47,549 bases of DNA, from positions 1 through 47,549 of the forward strand of contig CAXHJY010001407.1 of NCBI GenBank assembly GCA_964016885.1. Reading direction: 5' to 3'. The notes under the pieces are model-generated. The model had not been told where the DNA came from, searched no databases, and saw nothing but the letters and a program-made list of their open reading frames with translations. Every line of letters begins with the position of its first letter. Positions within the stretch are counted from its first letter, which is position 1. Source of the stretch: Eledone cirrhosa. Lineage: Eukaryota. Below are positions 15,058-28,029 of the stretch, in pieces. Both the position numbers and the translations under genes were made by a program.

Positions 15058-16265
15058 TTGGCGACTAAACTGGCAACCCCACCAAGGTTTCTTGGTGAGG
15101 AGGGTGACTTTGGACATCCTGCAGGACTAAAAACAAAACCTGTCAAAGGGCAAAGGAGCTCTTAAGAGTCAATGACCATCCAAAATCACTGCGAGAGATG
15201 ACCCCTTAGCCTTTGTCAAGGCAGAATTCTAGGAGAAGGAAAACTCTGATATAACACCTGCAACCCTGATGGTATCCAATGATGTTGAATTGTTCTTCTT
15301 TTTGGTAAATATCATCTTGGTTAAGAGAGTGGGACTGGCTTTGTGCTGTGCCTTTGCTCACTATAAAAGCTTCACGGCACAGGCATTGCTTTATATCTGG
15401 AGATCTCTCTGCACTTGTCATCATATGGTACCATGGGCCCATCACTATGTGTCAATAATTGTCACAAGTGTTCTGTTTGTACCAGTTTTCAAGTCGCTGG
15501 CTGGACTAAAAAGCCAATTCACTCGTTCAGCGCATCGGTAGGGGTTCTCCTACATGGATATAAAGTAGTGGCCGTACTCGAAAACGAGTTGGTAGCCATC
15601 ATATATATATATGTACATATATATGTATATATGTATGTATGTGTATGTATGTATATATATATATGTACATGTATATATGTGTATGTATGTATCCCAGTAC
15701 ATCCTGTCTCATGGTCGGGTCGTTGGCGACTAAACTGGCAACCCCACCAAGGTTTCTTGGTGAGGAGGGTGACTTTGGACATCCTGCAGGACTAAAAACA
15801 AAACCTATCAAAGGGCAAAGGAGCTCTTAAGAGTCAATGACCATCCAAAATCACCGGGAGAGATGACCCCTTAGCCTTTGTCAAGGCAGAATTCTAGGAG
15901 AAGGAAAACTCTGATATAACACCTGCAACTCTGATGGTATCCAATGATGTTGACTTTTTCTTCTTTTTGGTAAATATCATCGTGGTTAAGAGAGTGGGAC
16001 TGGCTTTGTGCAGTGCCTTTGCTAACTATAAAAGCTTCACGGCACAGGCATTGCTTTATATCTGGAGATCTCTCTGCACTTGTCATCACATGGTACCATG
16101 GGCCCAGAACTATGTGTCAATAATTGTCGTAAGTGTAGTGTTTGTACCAGAGTTTTCAAGTCGCTGGCTGGACTAAAAAGTCACACTCGTTCAGCGCATC
16201 GGTAGGGGTTCTCCTACATGGATATAAAGTAGTGGCCGTACTCGAAAACGAGTTGGCAGCCACCA
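15058..16265 (+). mobile_element. Two direct copies (offset 665 bp) of a roughly 540-bp non-coding element, possibly derived from an RTE 5' UTR
   Basis: 15058-15600 matches 15723-16265; copies separated by microsatellite; HDV-like fold at the head of copy 2. Confidence 0.6.
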
Positions 16266-16463
16266 TATATATATATATGTGTGTGTGTATGCATGTATGT
16301 GTGCATGTGTGCATGTATGTTTGTATGTGTGTGTGTTACATGTCATATTTGACAGACACGCCGATTTCACACATTCGTGTTTTGTGCTATAGAATGTATG
16401 GAGACAAAATATATATATATATAATAAGAAGTTGACGGACCCAGCATAGGTATCAATGCTCTG

Positions 16464-16507
<44 letters not shown>

Positions 16508-16509
<2 letters not shown>

Positions 16510-17010
16510 CAATATATTAATAAATGGAAACTATATTTATAAAACCATATTTATTTCATTTAACATATTTCAAGGACACCAAAGCAAATTATGGTGCGCT
16601 TTCATCAGATAAAATATAATATACATCAGTTTTATAAACAAATATTGACATACCTTTCAAAGAATGCGACCATGTCGGTTGGAAGCTCCCGGATAGTGGG
16701 GTTATTAATTTTATTATTGGTCTATTATGCAAATTAGTGTCGGCTTAATTTAAATGTATGGAATTTAAACCTCTCCGACACTAATTTGCATAATAGACCA
16801 ATAATAAAATTAATAACCCCACTATCCGGGAGCTTCCAACCTACATGGTCGCATTCTTTTAAAGGTATGTCAATATTTGTTTATAAAACTTATCTATATT
16901 ATATTTTATCTGATGAAAGCGCACCATAATTTGCTTTGGTGTCCTTGAAATATGTATAATGAAATAAATATGGTTTTATAAATATAGTTTCCATTTATTA
17001 ATATATTGTA
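16508..17010. repeat. Fold-back inverted repeat with an HHR in each arm
   Basis: 236-bp arms (16508-16743 / 16775-17010), 31-nt spacer. Confidence 0.9.
16902..16966 (+). ncRNA. Type I hammerhead motif, family A (mirror copy at 16552-16616 on minus is damaged in stem III)
   Basis: TATTTTAT-CTGATGA-AAGCGCACCA...TGGTGTCCTT-GAA-ATATGTAT-A^ATGAAATA. Confidence 0.7.
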
Positions 17011-17095
17011 TTTTTACTCCAAAAATTTGTTGAGTGCATTATATCAGTTATAAAAATATCTGCTTGTTATATCCCAACAAATTAAATATAACTTC

Positions 17096-17212
<117 letters not shown>

Positions 17213-17753
17213 GTATATGTATATATATACATATATATACATATATAAACATATATATACATATATATACCATACCAAAACACACATATATATATATATG
17301 TGTGTGTGTGTGTGTTTTGGTATAGACGAGAGAAAAGACCATTTAACACGAGGCACAAGATGCGAATATTTATATTAACATTTTGACTTATTGCATTTTC
17401 GTGGCTGTAGTTACAAAGGTCTATTTCAGGAAATACTTGTCCATGGCCCAAATAAACCCTGTCACTTATAGTAGGATCATTGAAATTGATGGACTAATTT
17501 GGACATTATTAGCGTTCACGGTGGTACTTAATTTTCATAAATACTGAATTGTGAGCCAAGCAGCTGAAATGTTGTGTATGTGGGGAGGTGTATATATATA
17601 TATATATATATCTGTGTATGTGTGTGTGTATGGCTGTATATATATATTTGTGTGTGCGTGATTTGTGTGTGTGCGCGCGTGTGCGTGTGTGCGCGTGTGT
17701 GCGCGTGTGTGCGCGCGTGTGCTCATGTGTGTGTGCGCGTGTGTGTCCGTGTA

Positions 17754-17801
<48 letters not shown>

Positions 17802-17928
17802 AATATATGAATATAGATACATATATACATATATATATAAATGCATATATACGTCTGGATCGGACGTCAGACAGATGTTATAACGTATATATATGTATGT
17901 AAATACATATATATATATATGTATGTAA

Positions 17929-17972
<44 letters not shown>

Positions 17973-17978
<6 letters not shown>

Positions 17979-20900
17979 ATAAATGCTCTGAAATAGCGAT
18001 ATATATGTGAGTATAGACATAGAATATTCGAAAATATTCTGTATGTTTATAATAAACATTTTGAAGACCTAATCGCTATAGAATAGAATACGTCACGTAT
18101 TACAATTAGATTCTCGACAAAAGCAAGGGAAGTAATCTACGCGTTTCATTCTTGTTAGAATTCATCAGGACTACATATCCAGTGCTTTTATCGAGAATGA
18201 CACAGCTAGAGACTTATAGAATACTTAGCTGTGTACTGGAACTGGTTTGAAAGAGCGGTTGCCGGTCCGGCAGAAATTAGAAATTGGAATAAATGCTCTG
18301 AAATAGCGATATATATGTGAGTATAGACATAGAATATTCGAAAATATTCTGTATGTTTATAATAAACATTTTGAAGACCTAATCGCTATAGAATAGAATA
18401 CGTCACGTATTACAATTAGATTCTCGACAAAAGCAAGGGAAGTAATCTACGCGTTTCATTCTTGTTAGAATTCATCAGGACTACATATCCAGTGCTTTTA
18501 TCGAGAATGACACAGCTAGAGACTTATAGAATACTTAGCTGTGTACTGGAACTGGTTTGAAAGAGCGGTTGCCGGTCCGGCAGAAATTAGAAATTGGAAT
18601 AAATGCTCTGAAATAGCGATATATATGTGAGTATAGACATAGAATATTCGAAAATATTCTGTATGTTTATAATAAACATTTTGAAGACCTAATCGCTATA
18701 GAATAGAATACGTCACGTATTACAATTAGATTCTCGACAAAAGCAAGGGAAGTAATCTACGCGTTTCATTCTTGTTAGAATTCATCAGGACTACATATCC
18801 AGTGCTTTTATCGAGAATGACACAGCTAGAGACTTATAGAATACTTAGCTGTGTACTGGAACTGGTTTGAAAGAGCGGTTGCCGGTCCGGCAGAAATTAG
18901 AAATTGGAATAAATGCTCTGAAATAGCGATATATATGTGAGTATAGACATAGAATATTCGAAAATATTCTGTATGTTTATAATAAACATTTTGAAGACCT
19001 AATCGCTATAGAATAGAATACGTCACGTATTACAATTAGATTCTCGACAAAAGCAAGGGAAGTAATCTACGCGTTTCATTCTTGTTAGAATTCATCAGGA
19101 CTACATATCCAGTGCTTTTATCGAGAATGACACAGCTAGAGACTTATAGAATACTTAGCTGTGTACTGGAACTGGTTTGAAAGAGCGGTTGCCGGTCCGG
19201 CAGAAATTAGAAATTGGAATAAATGCTCTGAAATAGCGATATATATGTGAGTATAGACATAGAATATTCGAAAATATTCTGTATGTTTATAATAAACATT
19301 TTGAAGACCTAATCGCTATAGAATAGAATACGTCACGTATTACAATTAGATTCTCGACAAAAGCAAGGGAAGTAATCTACGCGTTTCATTCTTGTTAGAA
19401 TTCATCAGGACTACATATCCAGTGCTTTTATCGAGAATGACACAGCTAGAGACTTATAGAATACTTAGCTGTGTACTGGAACTGGTTTGAAAGAGCGGTT
19501 GCCGGTCCGGCAGAAATTAGAAATTGGAATAAATGCTCTGAAATAGCGATATATATGTGAGTATAGACATAGAATATTCGAAAATATTCTGTATGTTTAT
19601 AATAAACATTTTGAAGACCTAATCGCTATAGAATAGAATACGTCACGTATTACAATTAGATTCTCGACAAAAGCAAGGGAAGTAATCTACGCGTTTCATT
19701 CTTGTTAGAATTCATCAGGACTACATATCCAGTGCTTTTATCGAGAATGACAGTACACAGCTAAGTATTCTATAAGTCTCTAGCTGTGTCATTCTCGATA
19801 AAAGCACTGGATATGTAGTCCTGATGAATTCTAACAAGAATGAAACGCGTAGATTACTTCCCTTGCTTTTGTCGAGAATCTAATTGTAATACGTGACGTA
19901 TTCTATTCTATAGCGATTAGGTCTTCAAAATGTTTATTATAAACATACAGAATATTTTCGAATATTCTATGTCTATACTCACATATATATCGCTATTTCA
20001 GAGCATTTATTCCAATTTCTAATTTCTGCCGGACCGGCAACCGCTCTTTCAAACCAGTTCCAGTACACAGCTAAGTATTCTATAAGTCTCTAGCTGTGTC
20101 ATTCTCGATAAAAGCACTGGATATGTAGTCCTGATGAATTCTAACAAGAATGAAACGCGTAGATTACTTCCCTTGCTTTTGTCGAGAATCTAATTGTAAT
20201 ACGTGACGTATTCTATTCTATAGCGATTAGGTCTTCAAAATGTTTATTATAAACATACAGAATATTTTCGAATATTCTATGTCTATACTCACATATATAT
20301 CGCTATTTCAGAGCATTTATTCCAATTTCTAATTTCTGCCGGACCGGCAACCGCTCTTTCAAACCAGTTCCAGTACACAGCTAAGTATTCTATAAGTCTC
20401 TAGCTGTGTCATTCTCGATAAAAGCACTGGATATGTAGTCCTGATGAATTCTAACAAGAATGAAACGCGTAGATTACTTCCCTTGCTTTTGTCGAGAATC
20501 TAATTGTAATACGTGACGTATTCTATTCTATAGCGATTAGGTCTTCAAAATGTTTATTATAAACATACAGAATATTTTCGAATATTCTATGTCTATACTC
20601 ACATATATATCGCTATTTCAGAGCATTTATTCCAATTTCTAATTTCTGCCGGACCGGCAACCGCTCTTTCAAACCAGTTCCAGTACACAGCTAAGTATTC
20701 TATAAGTCTCTAGCTGTGTCATTCTCGATAAAAGCACTGGATATGTAGTCCTGATGAATTCTAACAAGAATGAAACGCGTAGATTACTTCCCTTGCTTTT
20801 GTCGAGAATCTAATTGTAATACGTGACGTATTCTATTCTATAGCGATTAGGTCTTCAAAATGTTTATTATAAACATACAGAATATTTTCGAATATTCTAT

Positions 20901-23387
20901 GTCTATACTCACATATATATCGCTATTTCAGAGCATTTATTCCAATTTCTAATTTCTGCCGGACCGGCAACCGCTCTTTCAAACCAGTTCCAGTACACAG
21001 CTAAGTATTCTATAAGTCTCTAGCTGTGTCATTCTCGATAAAAGCACTGGATATGTAGTCCTGATGAATTCTAACAAGAATGAAACGCGTAGATTACTTC
21101 CCTTGCTTTTGTCGAGAATCTAATTGTAATACGTGACGTATTCTATTCTATAGCGATTAGGTCTTCAAAATGTTTATTATAAACATACAGAATATTTTCG
21201 AATATTCTATGTCTATACTCACATATATATCGCTATTTCAGAGCATTTATTCCAATTTCTAATTTCTGCCGGACCGGCAACCGCTCTTTCAAACCAGTTC
21301 CAGTACACAGCTAAGTATTCTATAAGTCTCTAGCTGTGTCATTCTCGATAAAAGCACTGGATATGTAGTCCTGATGAATTCTAACAAGAATGAAACGCGT
21401 AGATTACTTCCCTTGCTTTTGTCGAGAATCTAATTGTAATACGTGACGTATTCTATTCTATAGCGATTAGGTCTTCAAAATGTTTATTATAAACATACAG
21501 AATATTTTCGAATATTCTATGTCTATACTCACATATATATCGCTATTTCAGAGCATTTATTCCAATTTCTAATTTCTGCCGGACCGGCAACCGCTCTTTC
21601 AAACCAGTTCCAGTACACAGCTAAGTATTCTATAAGTCTCTAGCTGTGTCATTCTCGATAAAAGCACTGGATATGTAGTCCTGATGAATTCTAACAAGAA
21701 TGAAACGCGTAGATTACTTCCCTTGCTTTTGTCGAGAATCTAATTGTAATACGTGACGTATTCTATTCTATAGCGATTAGGTCTTCAAAATGTTTATTAT
21801 AAACATACAGAATATTTTCGAATATTCTATGTCTATACTCACATATATATCGCTATTTCAGAGCATTTATTCCAATTTCTAATTTCTGCCGGACCGGCAA
21901 CCGCTCTTTCAAACCAGTTCCAGTACACAGCTAAGTATTCTATAAGTCTCTAGCTGTGTCATTCTCGATAAAAGCACTGGATATGTAGTCCTGATGAATT
22001 CTAACAAGAATGAAACGCGTAGATTACTTCCCTTGCTTTTGTCGAGAATCTAATTGTAATACGTGACGTATTCTATTCTATAGCGATTAGGTCTTCAAAA
22101 TGTTTATTATAAACATACAGAATATTTTCGAATATTCTATGTCTATACTCACATATATATCGCTATTTCAGAGCATTTATTCCAATTTCTAATTTCTGCC
22201 GGACCGGCAACCGCTCTTTCAAACCAGTTCCAGTACACAGCTAAGTATTCTATAAGTCTCTAGCTGTGTCATTCTCGATAAAAGCACTGGATATGTAGTC
22301 CTGATGAATTCTAACAAGAATGAAACGCGTAGATTACTTCCCTTGCTTTTGTCGAGAATCTAATTGTAATACGTGACGTATTCTATTCTATAGCGATTAG
22401 GTCTTCAAAATGTTTATTATAAACATACAGAATATTTTCGAATATTCTATGTCTATACTCACATATATATCGCTATTTCAGAGCATTTATTCCAATTTCT
22501 AATTTCTGCCGGACCGGCAACCGCTCTTTCAAACCAGTTCCAGTACACAGCTAAGTATTCTATAAGTCTCTAGCTGTGTCATTCTCGATAAAAGCACTGG
22601 ATATGTAGTCCTGATGAATTCTAACAAGAATGAAACGCGTAGATTACTTCCCTTGCTTTTGTCGAGAATCTAATTGTAATACGTGACGTATTCTATTCTA
22701 TAGCGATTAGGTCTTCAAAATGTTTATTATAAACATACAGAATATTTTCGAATATTCTATGTCTATACTCACATATATATCGCTATTTCAGAGCATTTAT
22801 TCCAATTTCTAATTTCTGCCGGACCGGCAACCGCTCTTTCAAACCAGTTCCAGTACACAGCTAAGTATTCTATAAGTCTCTAGCTGTGTCATTCTCGATA
22901 AAAGCACTGGATATGTAGTCCTGATGAATTCTAACAAGAATGAAACGCGTAGATTACTTCCCTTGCTTTTGTCGAGAATCTAATTGTAATACGTGACGTA
23001 TTCTATTCTATAGCGATTAGGTCTTCAAAATGTTTATTATAAACATACAGAATATTTTCGAATATTCTATGTCTATACTCACATATATATCGCTATTTCA
23101 GAGCATTTATTCCAATTTCTAATTTCTGCCGGACCGGCAACCGCTCTTTCAAACCAGTTCCAGTACACAGCTAAGTATTCTATAAGTCTCTAGCTGTGTC
23201 ATTCTCGATAAAAGCACTGGATATGTAGTCCTGATGAATTCTAACAAGAATGAAACGCGTAGATTACTTCCCTTGCTTTTGTCGAGAATCTAATTGTAAT
23301 ACGTGACGTATTCTATTCTATAGCGATTAGGTCTTCAAAATGTTTATTATAAACATACAGAATATTTTCGAATATTCTATGTCTATA

Positions 23388-23391
<4 letters not shown>
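17973..23391. mobile_element. Retrozyme-like array 1: 310-bp HHR-containing monomer, about 5.7 copies then about 11.7 inverted copies
   Basis: Unit starts at 17973, 18283, 18593, 18903, 19213, 19523. Orientation flips at 19751-19752; inverted units start at 19751, 20061 ... 23161. Units look identical by eye, there is no ORF, both sides are (TA)n, and each unit holds one HHR (6 on minus, 12 on plus). Confidence 0.92.
19791..19879 (+). ncRNA. Type I minimal hammerhead ribozyme (representative copy of 18 in array 1)
   Basis: GTAGTC-CTGATGA-ATTCT(AACA)AGAAT-GAA-ACGCGT-A^GATTAC (19815-19857): complete core, 5-bp stem II, palindromic stem III, 6-bp stem I. Stem I extends past an internal loop via ATTCTCGATAAAAGCA/TGCTTTTGTCGAGAAT. 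Predicted cleavage after 19851. Confidence 0.9.
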
Positions 23392-23418
<27 letters not shown>

Positions 23419-23419
<1 letters not shown>

Positions 23420-24518
23420 CTATATAAATTGGAAGTGGTCGGACGTTGTATATTTAAGTAAGTAAGTAGGTGTAGTCGGATAAACATCGAAACGGCTTGG
23501 TGGAATGCAGCAAAAATTTAGACATTTATGCAGAATGACCCGAGAAGGCGTTGGGTAGACTTTCAAGCTACAAGCTTCCATGGTTACGGAGAAAATCGAT
23601 GAAACAGAAATTTCCCATTCAAATTGAACTGAGAGTAATCTGTGAACGCAGAAGTAAATATTACGAGAAACGTTGCAACCGAAGGAAAACAGGAAGACCA
23701 TATTTTGGTTCGTGAAGACGTTCCCTGGCAATGAACGGAAAAAAACGCGAGGATAATACGTCGTTATGTGGAGCGTGAAGAACAATTTCATGCAAAGACA
23801 AGACCAAGTTTATGGTATAAATGGAGTCGTTAGACTAATATTCTATTGAACATAACAGAATGATTTCCATCCCCGGAGTTTAAGAATGATGTAAATAAAA
23901 TTGAAAACGAAAATGACAGAGGTTATTAAAATAGTAAAAGTAAATAGTGAAGATTTAGGCCAGTACATACGTATGCCCCGACGTACATACACATACATAC
24001 GCACACACAAATACATACCCGCACACACACACAAACACACAAACACACACACACACACAGACACACAGACACACGAGCGCGCGTGTATAAACCTTATGGA
24101 TTTCTACAGTATTTTCACCAAACGTAAGACATAGGTTACTTATGTACTCCGGATGGTCATGGGCACTTTCATTTTTCCATATATTGATTATAGGGCCTCC
24201 CGACAGATAACCCCCTTTAACCACTTCCTTGGAGTCGACTGAAGAACTGCAGTGCAATGCAACAAAACGTCATAACCTCTGGAGTTCGCAACCGATTTTC
24301 ACAAAACTTGACACATGGGCTACGTTTGTCCTACAGATGAATGTGAACTCTCAGAATTGGCACATATTGAGTAGGGGACCCCTGGGGGCAGGAACCCCCT
24401 TTGGAAAAAGCCGATGATTTTGTAAAAGTATAGTTTTCGAAGCAGCACTGAAGTATTGACATAAATGTTATACACAACTGCTATTTAATACTCGAGCAAC
24501 GCCGGGTAGCTCTGCTAG
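23419..24518 (+). mobile_element. Non-autonomous Helitron family B
   Basis: Near copy of 37647-38708; ends CTCGAGCAACGCCGGG-TAGCTCTG-CTAG|T. Confidence 0.75.
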
Positions 24519-24524
24519 TATATA

Positions 24525-24631
24525 TAATTGTTTCTACTTTTGGCACAAGGCCAGCAATTATCTCAGAGCATTACTGGTACTTTATTTTATCGACCCTGTA
24601 AGGATGAAAGGCAAAGATAACCTCGGCGGGA
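24525..24631 (-). mobile_element. SINE 3' half
   Basis: Core and tail of the same family. Confidence 0.7.
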
Positions 24632-24639
24632 TAATGATA

Positions 24640-25755
24640 TTAAATAAAGAGATGATTATTGAATTCTATTAATGTTTTCCGTGCTGTTAGAATTATATGC
24701 ATTTCATCACTAGATAAATCTGTATGTTTCGATGCGTAGATAAGAGCCCTATTAAGTAAACTAGGAGTAATAGAGGAGTAGTAATGAATTTTTTGTTATG
24801 TTTAAATTTTATGTTATTGAACCAATCGATAACTTCATTAGTACCGTTCCATAGTTTCAGGTGTGATTTTTCTTTAAATTGTGGGATAATTCTATCGAAT
24901 ATATGTTTGCTAATTATGCCTAAGTCTGATTTAGATGGTGCTATAAGTCTGACTGGTAGTTCTATTTCAAAACTTCTTTTGTGGTCTTTCAGGTTAATTT
25001 TCGGTTTTCTGGGTATAAAGGGTTCAGTCCAATTTTGGATGCCTAATTTATGAATTATTTCAGAAGCTTCTCTATTTAACGTTAAAAGATCTTCATTTGT
25101 TGTTATTTTGTAGTTTTTTCTGAGTTCTTTCAATATAAGGTTATTATATTCGTCCTTTTCCATTCCATATAAATTATTAGTTTTATCAGATTTTACGAGG
25201 ATCTTCTTAGTTTTTTCAAGATTGTCTATATTATTCTTGAGGCCTTAAAGGTATTCCTGGCCTATAAATTGGTTTTTCTTGAATTTAATGTTTTGTATAA
25301 TAGATATTACTTCATTTTCAAATTCAGTTAGTAGTTTGTTGCTAGTGGATTCTTCTTAGATTTGAAGATAAGATCAAAGTTGTAACTCGATTTATTTATT
25401 TTTTCATCTGATTTTCTATCGAAATGGAAAGCACGCCATCTAAGTCTTCGTATAAAGGAGTCAAATTTCTCAATGAGTTGTTTTAGATATTCCTTATTCT
25501 TAGGTAAGGGTACATCTTTTAGAGAGGAAGAAATCCTAAAGAATTCCATTATTTAGCAATCAGTTATAATTTAAAGTGCTCGACATTAAAGGGGCTATTT
25601 ATAAGTAGAAGGGATATTTAATTTGTTGGAAATTCACCAAATATAAATGTTCATAACTGATTCAGAGCACTCGACAAGATTCTGGAGTAAATATTCAATG
25701 ATATTAAATAAATGGAAACTATATTTATAAAACCATATATATTCTATTATATAGA
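24640..25755 (-). mobile_element. Penelope-like element 5' part (pLTR tail plus ORF N-terminus), same family as 7352-8372
   Basis: SLKDVPLPKNKEYLKQLIEKFDSFIRRLRWRAFHF, VKSDKTNNLY and LKDHKRSF..PVRLIAPSKSDLG; nucleotide similarity to 8020-8370. 25600-25755 is the reverse complement of the sequence following the family A HHRs. Confidence 0.88.
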
Positions 25756-26042
25756 ATAAATTTTCCTTGGATAGTGAATTTAAAGAACAGATTTTTCAAA
25801 ATTGTTAGGATGAGTATGAAAATGAATATGTAAATGAGGTTGAGTTATATGATTGAAAAACTTTCTTTAACAATTTAATTTTTTTATATTTTAATATATT
25901 AATATTTCTAAATGGTAATATCTCTAATATTTGTAGTACTTTCACCTTTCAGCAAAAATTTCTTTTAATATATATATATATATATATTTATATATATGTA
26001 TGTGTATAGATATTTATATATATTTATGTATATCTATATATT

Positions 26043-27025
26043 TCGCAAACTCCATCCACCAGAGCATTAGAGTTACTATAGACTACCCAAGTAGACACCC
26101 CAACCATCGATTACCTGTACTAGACACAGAGCTCTGGTTAGATACCATTAACAACCAAAAACAAAACCTCCATTCCCATTATGCCAAACCCATGACTTCC
26201 AAACATCTGATCCACCGAAACTCGGCCATTTCGGACCATACCAAAATCAACATACTGATTGCGGATTTGGTACGGGTGATGAGAAATGTGTCCCGCATGT
26301 GCAACCCCGAAGAACTAGAGAGACACATACAACACTTCATCCACCGTATGCAGTTCTCTGGCTACAATCAGAGAGATAGAATCAGAGTGTATAGAGGAGC
26401 CAGAACCAAATGGGAAAAAATGGTAAATAATGACATAAATGGGACCAGCCCCTTGTATAGGAGCAAATTTTGGAATAGAATAGAAAGAACTAGGAACAAG
26501 GCTAATAGAATAAACTCATGGTATGATAGCAATAAATACCAGAGTGTAATGTTCATCGATACAACCCCTAGAGGCGAACTAGCCTACAAATTTAGAAGGG
26601 CCCTAAATAAACATAAACTCAATATTAAGATAGTAGAAAGACCAGGTACCTCCGTAAAAACACTTATTAGCAAGACATACCCTTTTCAAAGACCCTCATG
26701 TATAGATAAGAAATGTATAACCTGTAAAATGGCGCATGCGCAAACTGAGCACACAACACACACACAGAAACAAAATGGCGTAGGACAGAACAAAGGAGAG
26801 GCACAGAAACAAAGAAAGGAATCCCCAGTCACTGAAGAGGTCACAGAGTGTGTGACGAAAGGACTATGACCATATATAAACAACTATCTGGTTGTGGAAC
26901 CAACCAACCAACCAGAAATTTATAAATTTATAAATTTGTAAATTTATAAATATATAATAAATTGAAGTGAAAGCAACTGGTGCGTGTGTTTCTTATTGGC
27001 AACATGACCCTCCCAAAGTATAACT
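26043..27025 (+). mobile_element. Second Penelope-like lineage: RT C-terminus/thumb plus Cys linker, endonuclease missing, then HHR/pLTR
   Basis: Open frame with LPVLD, YAKPM, SAIS...KINIL, RMQFSGY, FIDTTPRGELA, KIVERPGTSVK and CIDKKCITC, then a switch to non-conserved sequence containing an HHR. The tail ATGACCCTCCCAAAGTATAAC recurs near 5080-5101. Confidence 0.8.
26828..26870 (+). ncRNA. Type I hammerhead motif at the 3' end of the second PLE ORF
   Basis: GTCA-CTGAAGA-G-GTCACA(GAGTG)TGTGAC-GAA-AGGACT-A^TGAC; one extra G before stem II. Confidence 0.7.
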
Positions 27026-27967
27026 ATATCTATATAATTTTAAGTTTAATTTTTTAATTTTTTTAAAATTCTTTAATTCTTACACTATATTTTTCCATTG
27101 ACACCCTCTAAAGCTATTTTTAAACGTAGATTAATAACCATTAACTGACATTAGAAAAATCCTATTCAAGACGATTTTTAAACATTCACTCTTCTTTCGA
27201 CTAAATAATTAATTAATCTCACACTAACTCTTAAAAAATGTATCGATTAACAAACAAAATTGGAATTATCTTTCCTTTCTCAATCATATAAACTTATTAC
27301 ATTATTATATACGTAACTCCGTTAAATTAAAACATTCTCAAAGCCGAACAGGATATTCAAATATATAAATTCATAATTTTAACTACCTATTTATTTACAT
27401 AAAATACAAAATCAACCTCCCTCGTAACTCATATTATAAACAACCACCTAAAACTTGAACTACCTATTTATTTATTTATTTATTTATTTATTTATCTACA
27501 TTAAACACAAAATCAAAACCCCTCGTAACTAATAATTGAAAATTAAATCTTTAATAATAATACATATGCTATTATTAAAATATATATTGATATTTATATT
27601 TTTAACTCAATACAATATTGTAATAAGATAAATACTTACAAACATAATTCTCCATATAAATATATACATAATATAGGTAAATATTCAAATTTTTCCCCAA
27701 AATTAACGTATATAAGTGGTCTTCTTCTTTTTCTTTTTCCTTTTCCTTTTTCTTTTTCGTTCTTTCTCTCCTACTAATATATCTAAACATTCCATAGCGT
27801 TTAAAATAACGGTTTTTCAATCATATAACTCAACTTCATTTACATATTCATTTGTATACTCATCCTAACAATTTTGAAAAATCCGTTCTTTAAATTCACT
27901 ATCCAAGGAAAATTCAACTGATAAGGTATGTTTCCTTGGCTATGTCAAAATTTATAAAACACATTTG

Positions 27968-28029
27968 TATTTTATCTGATGAAAGCGTACCAAAGTTTTG
28001 GGTACCCTTGAAATATATATAATAGAATA
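27968..28029 (+). ncRNA. Type I hammerhead motif, family A
   Basis: TATTTTAT-CTGATGA-AAGCGTACC...GGTACCCTT-GAA-ATATATAT-A^ATAGAATA. Confidence 0.75.

Noticed and set aside
17973-23391. CRISPR array or rDNA/snRNA repeat
   Set aside because: No unique spacers, eukaryotic context, and no recognisable 5S, tRNA or snRNA sequence.
24234-24270. CTGAAGA-ACTGCAGT motif in Helitron B as a hammerhead
   Set aside because: Neither copy has both core halves intact and there is no stem I pairing.
26000-26042. ATG start of the 289-aa ORF
   Set aside because: The first codons are TA-rich microsatellite; PLE similarity starts near 26043, so this is a truncated element, not a gene.
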